Below, piece after piece: positions 20,926 through 30,889 of a stretch of DNA of 64,000 nt. The first letter of the stretch is position 1, and every line of letters begins with the position of its first letter. The notes below the pieces were generated by a model. It was not told the DNA's origin and did not search any database. It saw nothing but the letters and a program-made list of their open reading frames with translations. A program made the position numbers and the translations under genes. Source of the DNA: Chloroflexota bacterium (GTDB lineage: Bacteria; Chloroflexota; Dormibacteria; CF-121); contig VBDY01000123.1 in the NCBI GenBank assembly GCA_005882775.1, forward strand, positions 732 through 64,731. Reading direction: 5' to 3'.

Positions 20926-22758
20926 CTATTCTACGGTGACGCTCTTGGCAAGATTGCGAGGCTGGTCGACGTTGCAACCCCGCTCGCACGCGACGAAGTA
21001 GGCGAACAGCTGCAAGGCGACCACATTGGGGATCGGCGACAGGAACTCCGAGACCGCGGGGACCTCGACCCGGTCGGCCGCGACCTCGTCCAGGACATGG
21101 TCGCCGTCGGTGACCAGGGCGGCCACCGGGGCATCGCGGGCGATCACTTCCTGGATGTTGCTGACCATCTTCTCCAGAGTGGCGCCCTGGGTGGCGATGG
21201 CAAACACGGGGAAGTTCTTATCGAGCAGAGCGATCGGGCCGTGCTTCAGCTCCCCGGCGGCATAGCCCTCTGCGTGAAGATATGAGATCTCCTTCAGCTT
21301 GAGCGCCCCCTCGAGGGCAATCGGGTAATTGATGCCTCGGCCGATGTACATGAAGTTTCGATAGCCGGCGTACTTGCGGGCCAGCTTCTGGAGCACCTCG
21401 GCCCGATCCAGGACCTTCTGTACCGCAGCCGGTAGAGCCTTGAGCTCGGCAGTAAGCTGCTTGAGACGCGTCGGGTCGAGCCGGTGGCGCACGGCGGCCA
21501 GCCTGATCCCCAGGAGGTAAAGGCAGGTGATGTGCGCGATGAAGGTCTTGCTGGAGGCCACCCCGATCTCGGGTCCCGAGTGCAGATAGACGACGCCGTC
21601 GCTCTCCAGGGCCATCGAGCTGCCCACCACGTTGGTGACCGAGACCACCTTCGCCTTGAGCCGCCTGGCCTCGCGGATGGCGGCCAGGGTATCGGCGGTC
21701 TCGCCCGACTGCGAGATGCCGACCACCAGGGTGTCCTGATCGATAATCGGTTGGCGGTAGCGGAACTCTGAGGCGGGCTCGACTTCCACCGGGATCCGGG
21801 CAAGGTCCTCGATGATGTACTTGCCGAGCAGCGCAGCGTAGAACGATGTTCCGGCAGCGACCATCTTGATGTCGCGGACCTTGAGTAGCTGGCGGTCGGT
21901 GAAGCCGAACTCCTCGAGGGTCACCTCGCCGTCGTCAGCCAGCCGGCCACGCAGGGCGTTCGAGACGGCATCGGCAGACTCGTTGATTTCCTTCGCCATG
22001 AAGTGGGGATAGCCACCCTTCTGGGCCTGGCTGATATCCCACTTGACGTCGATGATCTTGGGCTTGACCGAGGCCCCGTCCATGCTGCTGACCTGGGGGC
22101 CCAAGGAGCTGATCGCGACCATCTCCCCCTCGCCCAGTAATAGCACTTTTTTTGTGTAGGGGATCACGGCGGTGATGTCGGAAGCAATGAACCATTCCTT
22201 CTCGCCCACGCCCACCACCAGAGGGGCGTTCAGGCGCGCTCCGATAAGCAGGTCGGGGTCGTGCTGGGAGAAGATGACCATGGCGTACGCGCCCCGAAGG
22301 CGACGCAGCGACTCACGAACCGCCGTCACCAGATCGCCTTTGAAGTTCTCTTCGATCAGGTGGGGCACGACCTCGGTGTCGGTTTCGGACACGAACACAT
22401 GCCGCTTGGCCTGGAGCTCGCGGCGCAGCTCGGCAAAGTTCTCGATGATGCCGTTGTGGATCACCACCACCTTGTTGGTGCAGTCTGAATGCGGGTGCGC
22501 ATTGATGAGCGTCGGGCGGCCATGGGTCGCCCAGCGAGTGTGGCCCATGCCCACCCGCCCCGCCGGCATCTCCTCGGTCAGCCGCTCGACCAGGGTGTCA
22601 ACCTTGGAGGCGCTCTTTACCACGGAGAGGTCGCCCGCGTCCTGGTCGAAGATGGCCACGCCGGCCGAGTCGTAGCCGCGGTACTCCAGCCGCTTGAGGC
22701 TGTCCATGATGATGGGAGCCGCAGACCGTTCACCCAGGTAGCCGATGATCCCGCACAT
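20926..22758 (-). CDS. glmS: Glutamine--fructose-6-phosphate aminotransferase
   Basis: 610 aa starting MCGIIGY (Ntn Cys), with SIS domains, ending VTVE. An AGGAG SD is present. Confidence 0.95.
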   Translation of the reverse strand: MCGIIGYLGERSAAPIIMDSLKRLEYRGYDSAGVAIFDQDAGDLSVVKSASKVDTLVERLTEEMPAGRVGMGHTRWATHGRPTLINAHPHSDCTNKVVVIHNGIIENFAELRRELQAKRHVFVSETDTEVVPHLIEENFKGDLVTAVRESLRRLRGAYAMVIFSQHDPDLLIGARLNAPLVVGVGEKEWFIASDITAVIPYTKKVLLLGEGEMVAISSLGPQVSSMDGASVKPKIIDVKWDISQAQKGGYPHFMAKEINESADAVSNALRGRLADDGEVTLEEFGFTDRQLLKVRDIKMVAAGTSFYAALLGKYIIEDLARIPVEVEPASEFRYRQPIIDQDTLVVGISQSGETADTLAAIREARRLKAKVVSVTNVVGSSMALESDGVVYLHSGPEIGVASSKTFIAHITCLYLLGIRLAAVRHRLDPTRLKQLTAELKALPAAVQKVLDRAEVLQKLARKYAGYRNFMYIGRGINYPIALEGALKLKEISYLHAEGYAAGELKHGPIALLDKNFPVFAIATQGATLEKMVSNIQEVIARDAPVAALVTDGDHVLDEVAADRVEVPAVSEFLSPIPNVVALQLFAYFVACERGCNVDQPRNLAKSVTVE

Positions 22759-22840
22759 CTTCTGCTCCTATGTTCCCACTCAGCGCACGTTCAAACGAAC
22801 GTCCTGAGTTTGACAGTCTCGGTAGAACGGCCCAGGGGCA

Positions 22841-22851
22841 GTAACGGTTAC
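22841..22851. repeat. Palindrome GTAAC-G-GTTAC immediately after the cdaR stop, about 85 nt upstream of glmS
   Basis: Seen directly. Same GTAAC/GTTAC core as the repeats at 5127-5145 and 10886-10913. Confidence 0.4.
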
Positions 22852-22854
22852 GGC

Positions 22855-23781
22855 CTACGGCGAGGGGGAGGTCCCCGGGATCTTCCCGATGAAGACGTGC
22901 ACCTGAACCGTGGTTGGGCTCACGTCGACCCCGGCGGGTGGACGCAGCCGGACCGTCCGAATGACGTCTGCGGTGGCGTTGCTGATGTCCACCGGATCGG
23001 AAGCCACCTGAGCCAACCCTGCCAGGACGGCCGAGAGTCCGGTGAGGTTGGCCTGGATAGGCGAGACCGTGACGTTTGTGACTCGGTAACCCGTGGCGGG
23101 CTGGCCGGTCACAGACCAGCCTATGGGCTTGGTCAAGGTGACGGCGTCGGCCTGGATGGTCATTTTGATCGAGACCTGGGGAGGGGTAACCACCATTTTT
23201 GTGAGGGGTTGTTTTCGAGCGTCGCGTACGACCACGATGACGGAGGGATTGATCGGCGCTACCACCCCGGCAAGATCCACTTGCGCGACGGCTTGAATGC
23301 CGTTGAGAAGACTCTTGGGACCGACGATCTGCACGGTCTGGGGAGTGATCGTGGTGGCGGATGTCACCTCGTGAAAGCCAGGTGGCAGGCCATTCACCCG
23401 CTCGATGGTGACCGGTTGGACCGTGGTCCCGATCTCGTCCACGTCGATCGTGATGGAATCCGGCTGGGTGACCGTCACGTCAGGGTCGGCGTTGTCAACG
23501 TGGACTGGCACCCGGTTGGTGCCGACGCGAACGCCGCTGAAGTTTGCCGACAGGTGCAGGCTCCGCTGGTCGAAGACCCGGAGGTTCTCGGCGGTGCCGA
23601 TCACGGTCACGCTGACCTGAGGGATATCGCCAATCACCGTCAGCCCAGCAGGCACTGCCGGATGGTCTATCGAGAGGCGCACAGAATGAGTCTGCGTCGG
23701 GTTCTGGGTATAGGAAACGACGCCCCAGAAGGCAGTCGCGAGAGCGATCGCGAGCAGCTTGATCCGCAGGTTGCTAAGCAA
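22855..23781 (-). CDS. cdaR: YbbR-domain protein CdaR (regulator of diadenylate cyclase)
   Basis: N-terminal TM helix followed by repeated YbbR-like beta-rich segments. It sits directly downstream of cdaA, as in Firmicutes cdaA-cdaR-glmM-glmS. Confidence 0.75.
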   Translation of the reverse strand: MLSNLRIKLLAIALATAFWGVVSYTQNPTQTHSVRLSIDHPAVPAGLTVIGDIPQVSVTVIGTAENLRVFDQRSLHLSANFSGVRVGTNRVPVHVDNADPDVTVTQPDSITIDVDEIGTTVQPVTIERVNGLPPGFHEVTSATTITPQTVQIVGPKSLLNGIQAVAQVDLAGVVAPINPSVIVVVRDARKQPLTKMVVTPPQVSIKMTIQADAVTLTKPIGWSVTGQPATGYRVTNVTVSPIQANLTGLSAVLAGLAQVASDPVDISNATADVIRTVRLRPPAGVDVSPTTVQVHVFIGKIPGTSPSP

Positions 23782-23792
23782 GAGAGGTCATG

Positions 23793-24626
23793 TTAACGCC
23801 TCCAGGCGAGGAGGGGACCGTGAAGCTCTGGCCGGGGCTGGAGCAGCGAACTGAGCACCTGGCGCAGGCGGTCGGTGTCAAGGTTGCGGAGCAATTTTCC
23901 CTCGTGGGCAACAGTGATCTGACCAAGCTCCTCACTCAGGATCAGGACCACGGCGTCGGTCTGCATGGAGAGCCCAAGGCCGGCGCGATGCCTGGTTCCC
24001 ATCCGTTCCCGCACGCTGGCCTCGTCCGCCAGGGGCAGCACGCAGCCGGCGGCGAGGATCTGGTTGCCACGCACGATCACGGCGCCGTCGTGAAGCGGCG
24101 AATTGGGGAAGAAGATCGCTTCCAGGAATTCCGCGGTGAGCTCCCCGTTGATCCGGATCCCGGTATTCGCGTAGTTCTCGAGCCCCGTCTCTTTCTCGAA
24201 GACGATCAGGGCCCCGGTGAACCGCTGAGTCAGCTTGGTCGTGGCCCGGATGACCTCATCGATCATGCGGTTGAAGATCTGCAGGTTGTAGTGCGCCAGC
24301 GGGCGGCCGATGAAACCGATCCGGCCGAACTGGTCGAGGGCCCGGCGGATCTCCGGCTGAAACAGGACGATGATCCCGATCAGGATCGCGGGCGCCGCGT
24401 TTCGGAAGATGAAGGAGAGCAAGCGCAGGCCGAGCAGGTTGGCAACCAGGCCAACCAGGCCCAACAGCAACAGGCCGATCATGAGCTGGACCGCCTGGGT
24501 GCCCCGGATCAGCAGAAACATCCGGTAGAGGAAGAAGGCGACGAGCCCGATATCGATAACGTCCAGGACGTGCCGCCAGATATTCCCGCTGGCCAGGAAT
24601 ATTCCGATGTCCCGCAGGATCTCCAT
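23793..24626 (-). CDS. cdaA: Diadenylate cyclase CdaA (c-di-AMP synthase, DisA_N/DAC domain)
   Basis: Three N-terminal TM helices, then a DAC domain with LHDGAVIV (DGA) and GTRHRAG (RHR) motifs. Confidence 0.85.
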   Translation of the reverse strand: MEILRDIGIFLASGNIWRHVLDVIDIGLVAFFLYRMFLLIRGTQAVQLMIGLLLLGLVGLVANLLGLRLLSFIFRNAAPAILIGIIVLFQPEIRRALDQFGRIGFIGRPLAHYNLQIFNRMIDEVIRATTKLTQRFTGALIVFEKETGLENYANTGIRINGELTAEFLEAIFFPNSPLHDGAVIVRGNQILAAGCVLPLADEASVRERMGTRHRAGLGLSMQTDAVVLILSEELGQITVAHEGKLLRNLDTDRLRQVLSSLLQPRPELHGPLLAWRR

Positions 24627-24694
24627 TCCCGGCGCTTAGTATCGCCGAACGGCGGACTCTACACGGTTTGGTCGGCCAGGACGGGAGCGCCGGG

Positions 24695-25093
24695 CTAGCG
24701 CTTGGTGTACTGAGGCGCCTTCCGAGCGCGCTTGAGACCGGGCTTCTTGCGCTCCTTCATCCGCGGATCTCGGGAGAGCAGGCCATGCTTCTTCAGCACC
24801 GGACGCATGGCCAGGTCAGCGACACAGAGCGCCCGGGCGATGCCATGCTGGACGGCGCCCGCCTGGCCCGACGAGCCGCCCCCTACGACCATGGCGCTGA
24901 TGTTGAATCGCTTCGTGGTCTCAGTCAGCTTGAGCGGCTCGACCACGATCATTTCGAGCATCCGCCGCCCGAAGTACTGCAGTGGCGGCTTGTTGTTGAC
25001 CATGATGGTGCCCTCGCCCGGATAGAGTCGGACGCGGGCAACCGCGTTCTTACGCCGGCCGGTCCCGTAGTAGTAGTGGGCGTTATCGGCCAA
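24695..25093 (-). CDS. rpsI: 30S ribosomal protein S9
   Basis: [17 protein letters not shown]...KR C-terminus. The start is either TTG at about 25093 (overlapping the rplM stop) or ATG at 25120. Confidence 0.9.
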   Translation of the reverse strand: MADNAHYYYGTGRRKNAVARVRLYPGEGTIMVNNKPPLQYFGRRMLEMIVVEPLKLTETTKRFNISAMVVGGGSSGQAGAVQHGIARALCVADLAMRPVLKKHGLLSRDPRMKERKKPGLKRARKAPQYTKR

Positions 25094-25553
25094 TGAACTC
25101 AATCTCCCCTTTAGATCCAAAACGGATGGGCACCGGCTGCTGCGCGCGGTGTGGATGCGCGTCGCTCGAGTAGACCTTCAGGCGCTTGAGCTGATCCTTG
25201 CCCAGGGTGCCATGCTGGAGCATCCCACCGACCGCGTGGCGGAAGGGAAAAGCCGGGTGCCGCTTCAGCATGTCCCCGTAGGCACGCTGACGAAGCCCGC
25301 CGGGGTAGCCGGTATAAGATTTGTAGAACTTTTCCTCGACCTTCTTCCCCGTTACCTTGATGCCTCGGACATTGATCACTATCACGTGGTCGCCGGTGTT
25401 CAGGTGGGGCGTGTACATCGGCTTGTGCTTACCCCTGAGGAGCCGAGCCACGTTGGCTGCCAGGCGGCCGAGCGTCTGTCCGTTGGCATCTATCAGGTAC
25501 CAGCTGGGCTTCAAGTCGGATAGCCGCGCCGTGTACGTCTTTGATTGGTTCAC
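25083..25553 (-). CDS. rplM: 50S ribosomal protein L13
   Basis: [32 protein letters not shown]..., starting from GTG at 25553, 1 nt after the truA stop. Confidence 0.9.
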   Translation of the reverse strand: MNQSKTYTARLSDLKPSWYLIDANGQTLGRLAANVARLLRGKHKPMYTPHLNTGDHVIVINVRGIKVTGKKVEEKFYKSYTGYPGGLRQRAYGDMLKRHPAFPFRHAVGGMLQHGTLGKDQLKRLKVYSSDAHPHRAQQPVPIRFGSKGEIEFIGR

Positions 25554-25554
25554 G

Positions 25555-26289
25555 TCAGTAGTCCACCGCGACCTGCACCAGCCCAAACGGCGGGGCGGGA
25601 CGCAGTCCGGTCGCGTTGCCGGCCAGCAGGTGGTCGATCCAATCCAGTGGACGGCGCCCGCGGCCGACCTCGACCAGGGCCCCGGCGATCCGCCGCATCA
25701 TGCCGTAGAGGAAGGCATCGGCAGCCACCGCGATGGTGAGCCACTCCCCATTCTCCTCCACGGAGACCTGACGGATTTCGCGGACGGTGTGGCCACCCGG
25801 ACGCGGGCTCCGACCGAACGCCCGGAAATCGTGCCGGCCCTCGAGTCGCTTCCCGGCATCTCGCATGGCTGACACATCGAGGCGGCCCGGCACACTCCAG
25901 GCGTATTGCCGCTCGTAGGCGCCCCTGCGGATCGCCCGGCGGATCCTGTACGCGTACCGTCGAAGTCGGGCGCTGTAGCGGGCGTGGAAACTGTCGGCGA
26001 CGATCTCCGCGCTCCGCACCACCACGTCGGGACCGAGCCGGCTGTTCAGTGCTCCCGGCAGCTCCGCCACTGGGAAGCCTGAGTCGAGGTGGAAGTTGAC
26101 GCACTGGCCGAGAGCATGGACGCCGGCATCCGTACGGCCCGCTGCAATCAGCACCGGGCTCTCGCCGGTAAGCTGCTCGAGAGCCGTTACCAGCGTCCGC
26201 TCAACCGTGGCGGTCGACCCGGACTGCGCCTGCCACCCGTGGAAGCGGGTGCCCTCGTACTCGACGACCAGCTTGATGTTTGCGCCCAT
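25555..26289 (-). CDS. truA: tRNA pseudouridine(38-40) synthase TruA
   Basis: 244 aa with a TruA-like sequence (GANIKLVVEYEGTRFHGWQ..., RTDAGVHA). Confidence 0.85.
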   Translation of the reverse strand: MGANIKLVVEYEGTRFHGWQAQSGSTATVERTLVTALEQLTGESPVLIAAGRTDAGVHALGQCVNFHLDSGFPVAELPGALNSRLGPDVVVRSAEIVADSFHARYSARLRRYAYRIRRAIRRGAYERQYAWSVPGRLDVSAMRDAGKRLEGRHDFRAFGRSPRPGGHTVREIRQVSVEENGEWLTIAVAADAFLYGMMRRIAGALVEVGRGRRPLDWIDHLLAGNATGLRPAPPFGLVQVAVDY

Positions 26290-26642
26290 CAGTCGACGAG
26301 CTCGACCAGCACCATGGGGGCGCCATCGCCCTGGCGAGGAGAGGTCTTGAGCACCCTGGTGTAGCCGCCGGGTCGCTCCTTCATACGGGGGAGCAGCTTG
26401 GAGAACAGCTTTTCCGACACCTCGCGGTTCTCGACGATGGCGTCCACGGCCCGCCGGGCCGCCACGTTATCGCCTTTGGCCGTGGTGATCACGGTTTCCA
26501 CCCATCGGCGCAGCTCTTTGCCCTTTGCCTCGGTGGTCTGAATGCGGCCGTGCTCGAGCAGGGCGGTCACCAGGTTGCGGCTCAGGGCTTTGCGATGTGC
26601 CGTGCTCCGCCCGAATTTCCGCCCTGCCTTGCAATGCCGCAT
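26289..26642 (-). CDS. rplQ: 50S ribosomal protein L17
   Basis: MRHCKAGRKFGRSTAHRKAL... Confidence 0.9.
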   Translation of the reverse strand: MRHCKAGRKFGRSTAHRKALSRNLVTALLEHGRIQTTEAKGKELRRWVETVITTAKGDNVAARRAVDAIVENREVSEKLFSKLLPRMKERPGGYTRVLKTSPRQGDGAPMVLVELVD

Positions 26643-26654
26643 CGAATCGAACCC

Positions 26655-27611
26655 TTAGACCAGGACCTTGGTCAGCTCTTCCGCCGTCAGGAAGCCGCGC
26701 TGGACCAGCTTTTCCTTGATCTCGTCGAGCGACTTACGCCCGAAGTTGCGCAGCCCGAGCAGGTCCTCTTCGCGAAGGGCGACCAGCTGGCCCACCTTCG
26801 TGATCTCGTTAGCCTTCAGACAGTTGAGCGCGCGGACCGAGAGGTCGAGGTCCTCAATCGGGACATCAGCCAGGCGCGACGACAGGTCGTTGCCCTTTGC
26901 GGGCAGCACGTCGGCCGCCTTGATGCTGTCCGTGAAGTGAGTGAACAGCCCGAGATGGGTGGTGAATTGCTTGGCGGCTTCGCTGATCGCCTGGTCCGGC
27001 GCAATGGTGCCATCCGTCCAGACCTCCAGGATCAGCTTGTCCCAGTCTGTTTCCTGGCCAACGCGGGTCTTTTCGATCAGGAAGTTCGCCTTGACCACCG
27101 GACTGAAGATGGCGTCGATCGGGATCACGCCAATCGGCTGGCCTTCCTTCTTGTTGCGATCGGCCGGGACATAGCCCTTGCCGCGCTCCACGGTGAGCTC
27201 CATCCGGAGCCGGCCGTTGCGGTTGTCCAACGTGCAGATGTAGAGGTCCTTGTTCACGACCTCCACGTCGCTGGGCGCCTGAATATCGGCCGCCCGGACC
27301 TCGCGCGGACCGGTGACGTCGAGCGTCATGCGGACCGGCTCGTCGCTGTAGGAGATCAGGTTCAGCCCCTTCAGGTTGAGGATGACCTCGGTCACGTCTT
27401 CCTTGACGTACGGGATCGACGAAAACTCGTGGGCGACACCTTCGATGGACACCGAGGTCACCGCGGCTCCCTTGAGGGTGGAGAGCAGCACCCGGCGCAG
27501 CGAGTTGCCGAGCGTGGTGCCGAAACCCGGCTCCAGCGGCTCGATCTCGAACTTGCCGTAGCTGGCGGTGTTTTCAACGCTCTTGACTTGCGGTTGCGCG
27601 ATCTCGAACAT
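26655..27611 (-). CDS. rpoA: DNA-directed RNA polymerase subunit alpha
   Basis: 318 aa with the alpha N-terminal domain and a C-terminal domain (DLSVRALNCLK...). Confidence 0.95.
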   Translation of the reverse strand: MFEIAQPQVKSVENTASYGKFEIEPLEPGFGTTLGNSLRRVLLSTLKGAAVTSVSIEGVAHEFSSIPYVKEDVTEVILNLKGLNLISYSDEPVRMTLDVTGPREVRAADIQAPSDVEVVNKDLYICTLDNRNGRLRMELTVERGKGYVPADRNKKEGQPIGVIPIDAIFSPVVKANFLIEKTRVGQETDWDKLILEVWTDGTIAPDQAISEAAKQFTTHLGLFTHFTDSIKAADVLPAKGNDLSSRLADVPIEDLDLSVRALNCLKANEITKVGQLVALREEDLLGLRNFGRKSLDEIKEKLVQRGFLTAEELTKVLV

Positions 27612-27634
27612 GGTCCTCCCTATGAATACAGGTA

Positions 27635-28261
27635 TTAGCGCGAATAAAACTCGACGATCAGTTGCTCTTGAATGGTCTGGTCAATGTCTTCCCGTACGGG
27701 CTGGCTCACGATCTTGGCGGTGAGCTGTTCGTGGTCAACGCTCAGCCAGTTGGGCAGGGTGCGTTGCTTGGCGATCTCGGCCGCCGTCTTGATCCGCTCG
27801 ATCTCCTTGCTTCCATCGCGAATCCGGATCTCGTCGCCCACCCGGACCGAGTAGGAAGGGATGTTGACCGTCTTGCCGTTGACGGCGATGTGCTTGTGGC
27901 TGACGAGCTGCCGGGCGTCACGCCGGGAGGCGGCGAAGCCAAGCCGGTAGACCACGTTGTCCAGCCGCGACTCGAGCAGGCGGAGCAGGTTGAGGCCGGT
28001 GACCCCGCTCATCTTTGCCGCCCGGTCAAAGTACAGCCGGAACTGCCCCTCCAGCAGGAAGTAGATGCGGCGGGCACGTTGCTTGGCCCGCAACTGAATG
28101 CCGTAGTCCGACACCTTGCGCCGGCGCACCTGGGTGTGCATCCCGGGCGGCATCGCCCGGCGATCCAGGGTGCACTTGGTGAAGCACTTCTCGCCTTTGA
28201 GAAAGAGCTTGACGCCCTCGCGCCGGCAGTGCCGGCAGACCGCGTCGTGGTACTGGGCCAT
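27635..28261 (-). CDS. rpsD: 30S ribosomal protein S4
   Basis: [26 protein letters not shown]..., zinc-binding S4. Confidence 0.9.
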   Translation of the reverse strand: MAQYHDAVCRHCRREGVKLFLKGEKCFTKCTLDRRAMPPGMHTQVRRRKVSDYGIQLRAKQRARRIYFLLEGQFRLYFDRAAKMSGVTGLNLLRLLESRLDNVVYRLGFAASRRDARQLVSHKHIAVNGKTVNIPSYSVRVGDEIRIRDGSKEIERIKTAAEIAKQRTLPNWLSVDHEQLTAKIVSQPVREDIDQTIQEQLIVEFYSR

Positions 28262-28653
28262 TAGACGCGCCTCCTCTTGGGCGGGCGGCAGCCGTTGTGC
28301 GGGATGGGGGTCACGTCCGTGATCGCCGTGACCTCCAGGCCTGCTGCCTGCAGGGATCGGATCGCGGCTTCGCGACCCGCGCCGGGTCCCTTGACGAAGA
28401 TCTCGATCTGCTTGAGGCCATGCTCCATGGCTTTCTTCGCCGTCGCTTCAGCGGTCACCTGTGCGGCAAACGGGGTGCTCTTGCGTGAGCCCTTGAAGCC
28501 CTGGCTCCCGGCACTGCCCCAGGCAAGCACGTTGCCCTGCGGGTCTGTCAAGGACACCATGGTGTTGTTGAACGTCGACTGGATGTGGGCCTGGCCCACG
28601 GTGACGTTCTTCTTTTCGCGCCGCCGGGTGCGGACAACTTTCTTTTTCGGCAT
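28261..28653 (-). CDS. rpsK: 30S ribosomal protein S11
   Basis: S11-like ...[10 protein letters not shown]...[11 protein letters not shown]... Confidence 0.9.
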   Translation of the reverse strand: MPKKKVVRTRRREKKNVTVGQAHIQSTFNNTMVSLTDPQGNVLAWGSAGSQGFKGSRKSTPFAAQVTAEATAKKAMEHGLKQIEIFVKGPGAGREAAIRSLQAAGLEVTAITDVTPIPHNGCRPPKRRRV

Positions 28654-29036
28654 TACTTCTTCTCTGCCGCCTTCTTCTTCACGCCGACGGTCTTTCGGGG
28701 ACCGCGGCGGGTGCGGGCGTTGGTGCGAGTCCTTTGGCCGCGGACAGGCAGGCCACGCCGGTGGCGGAGTCCGCGGTAGGTACCGATCTCCATCAGCCGC
28801 TTGATGTTGAGCGCGATCTCCCGGCGAAGCTCGCCTTCCACCTTGGCCTCTTTGTCGATCACGTCTCGCAGGCGTCCTACCTGCTCGTCAGTAAGGTTCT
28901 TGACCCGAATATTGGGGTCGACGTTGGCAATGGTTAGCACCCGGCGCGACGTGGTGGGCCCGATGCCGAAGATGTAGGTCAGGGCAATCTCGACGCGCTT
29001 CTCGCGTGGAACGTCGACGCCGGAAATCCTTGCCAC
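28653..29036 (-). CDS. rpsM: 30S ribosomal protein S13
   Basis: [26 protein letters not shown]... Confidence 0.9.
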   Translation of the reverse strand: MARISGVDVPREKRVEIALTYIFGIGPTTSRRVLTIANVDPNIRVKNLTDEQVGRLRDVIDKEAKVEGELRREIALNIKRLMEIGTYRGLRHRRGLPVRGQRTRTNARTRRGPRKTVGVKKKAAEKK

Positions 29037-29047
29037 CTATCCTCCCC

Positions 29048-29159
29048 TTATCCCTGCCGCTGGTTGTGCTTGGGCGTGCTGCAGATGACCCGCACCTGGC
29101 CACCCCGCTTGATGACCTTGCACTTCGGGCATATTTTCTTGACCGACGACCGCACTTTC
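29048..29159 (-). CDS. rpmJ: 50S ribosomal protein L36 (zinc-binding form)
   Basis: Manual translation gives [37 protein letters not shown]. Not in the ORF track because it is under 60 aa. Confidence 0.85.
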
Positions 29160-29164
29160 ATTTT

Positions 29165-29371
29165 TCACGCATCCTTCTTGACGATCCGACCGCGCCCCGG
29201 ATCGAGGGCGGACACCTCCACGCGGACGCGGTCTCCCGGGATGACCCGGAGGAACCGGAGCCGCGCGGCCGGGGCCACGTGTGCCACGATCCTGTGGCCG
29301 GTTTCGAGCTCGACGCGGTAGAGTGCGTTGGGCATCGGCTCTACCACTCGTCCGACGACAAAACTCGGCAT
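29165..29371 (-). CDS. infA: Translation initiation factor IF-1
   Basis: ...PSFVVGRVVEPMPNALYRVELETGHRIVAHVA...GRGRIVKK. Start is ATG at 29371 or TTG at 29377. Confidence 0.85.
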   Translation of the reverse strand: MPSFVVGRVVEPMPNALYRVELETGHRIVAHVAPAARLRFLRVIPGDRVRVEVSALDPGRGRIVKKDA

Positions 29372-29452
29372 CAGCAAGTGCCCATGCCGAGTTCGCCGGA
29401 TTTCCGGCGCACGATCGACAAATATACCACAACTCGATCGCGGGGAAACATA

Positions 29453-30205
29453 TCAGGGTCGCACCTGGGTCAGGATCTCGGGGCCGTCCGGGGTGATGGC
29501 CACGCTGTGTTCAAAGTAGGCTGACAGGCTGTGGTCGACCGTGACCACCGTCCAGCCGTCTCCAAGCAGCGCCACGTCGGGGCCCCCGGCGTTGACCATG
29601 GGTTCGATTGCCAGCACCATGCCGGCCTTCAACAGCGGCCCCCGGCCGGCGATGCCGAAGTTGGGCACCTGTGGGTCCTCATGCATGTCCCGACCGATCC
29701 CGTGGCCGACGAACTGCCGGACGACGTTGAAGCCAGCCGCTTCGACGTGACCCTGGATGGCGGCGCTGATGTCCCCGATCCGGTTTCCGACCTGTGCCTG
29801 CTCGATCCCGATTGCGAGCGACTCCCGGGTGACCTCGAGCAACCTCTGGGCCAGCGGCGATAGTTTGCCGATGCCGACCGTCAGCCCGGCATCCGCCCAG
29901 AAGCCCTGGTGGATCAGCCCACAATCCAGGCTCAGAAGATCCCCCTCGCGCAGCTTGCGGTGGTTGGGGATGCCGTGGACCACCTGGTCGTTGACTGAGG
30001 TGCAGATGCTATTCGGGAAACCCTGGTAGCCGACGAACCCGGGGATACAGCCGCGGCTACGGATAAAGCGGTCGGCCTCCCGATCCAGCTCGAGGAGTGT
30101 GATGCCGGGCGCGGCCATGTCCTGCAAGCGCTGCAGCGCCTCTGCCAGGATTGACCCGGCCTCCCGCATCAGGTCGATCTCCGCCTTGGACTTGTAAATG
30201 ATCAT
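29453..30205 (-). CDS. map: Methionine aminopeptidase type I
   Basis: 250 aa with the MetAP fold and metal ligands (D..D..H..E..E pattern). Confidence 0.9.
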   Translation of the reverse strand: MIIYKSKAEIDLMREAGSILAEALQRLQDMAAPGITLLELDREADRFIRSRGCIPGFVGYQGFPNSICTSVNDQVVHGIPNHRKLREGDLLSLDCGLIHQGFWADAGLTVGIGKLSPLAQRLLEVTRESLAIGIEQAQVGNRIGDISAAIQGHVEAAGFNVVRQFVGHGIGRDMHEDPQVPNFGIAGRGPLLKAGMVLAIEPMVNAGGPDVALLGDGWTVVTVDHSLSAYFEHSVAITPDGPEILTQVRP

Positions 30206-30867
30206 CGAGCGCCCACCCTCTTGCGGGCGGCCAACCGCCGAGTGATGTCAGCCCGGACCTCCTCCACCGACATCTGGCCGTCGATGTTCTCGAGCTTGGC
30301 CTGGGCGCTGTAATAGTCGATAAGCGGCGCCGTATGTTTGAGGAAGACGTCAATCCGGCGAGCCACGATCTCCGACGTGTCGTCCGTCCGCTGGTACAGC
30401 TCACTGCTGTCTTTGGGACAGCGCGGAAGGTTGTGCGCCTGTTCCGGAGTGAAGTGGTAGACCGAATTGCAGGTCGGGCAGGTGTAGCGGTTCGAGAGCC
30501 GCTCGATCAAGACCTGCCGACTCACTCGCAGATAGATGACCGCATCCAGCTGGCGGCCGAGCCTCGCCAGCATCTCGTCCAGCGCCTGCGCCTGGGCCAC
30601 GGTGCGCGGGAAACCATCGAGGATGAAGCCATTTTGGGCATCCGGCTGCTGGAGGCGCTGACGAATGATGTCGATCATCACCTCATCAGGCACGAGCTCG
30701 CCCCGGTCCATGTAGCCCTTGACCTTCTCGCCCAGCGGCGTTCCGGCTCTCCGCTGGGCTCGGAGGATGTCGCCGGTGGCGATCGCCGGGATGTGATAGG
30801 TATTGATCAGGAACCCACTTTGCGTCCCCTTTCCGGCGCCGGGCGCGCCAAACAGAATCAGGTTCAT
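30202..30867 (-). CDS. adk: Adenylate kinase (with Cys4 zinc lid CPTC...CPKD)
   Basis: MNLILFGAPGAGKGTQ P-loop and a lid domain with CxxC...C. Confidence 0.9.
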   Translation of the reverse strand: MNLILFGAPGAGKGTQSGFLINTYHIPAIATGDILRAQRRAGTPLGEKVKGYMDRGELVPDEVMIDIIRQRLQQPDAQNGFILDGFPRTVAQAQALDEMLARLGRQLDAVIYLRVSRQVLIERLSNRYTCPTCNSVYHFTPEQAHNLPRCPKDSSELYQRTDDTSEIVARRIDVFLKHTAPLIDYYSAQAKLENIDGQMSVEEVRADITRRLAARKRVGAR

Positions 30868-30889
30868 CTCGGGCTTCTCATGTCCGGGG

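Noticed and set aside
22759-22854. Possible glmS ribozyme upstream of glmS
   Set aside because: The leader is only about 95 nt and lacks the conserved glmS ribozyme core sequences. Only an SD and a short palindrome are present.
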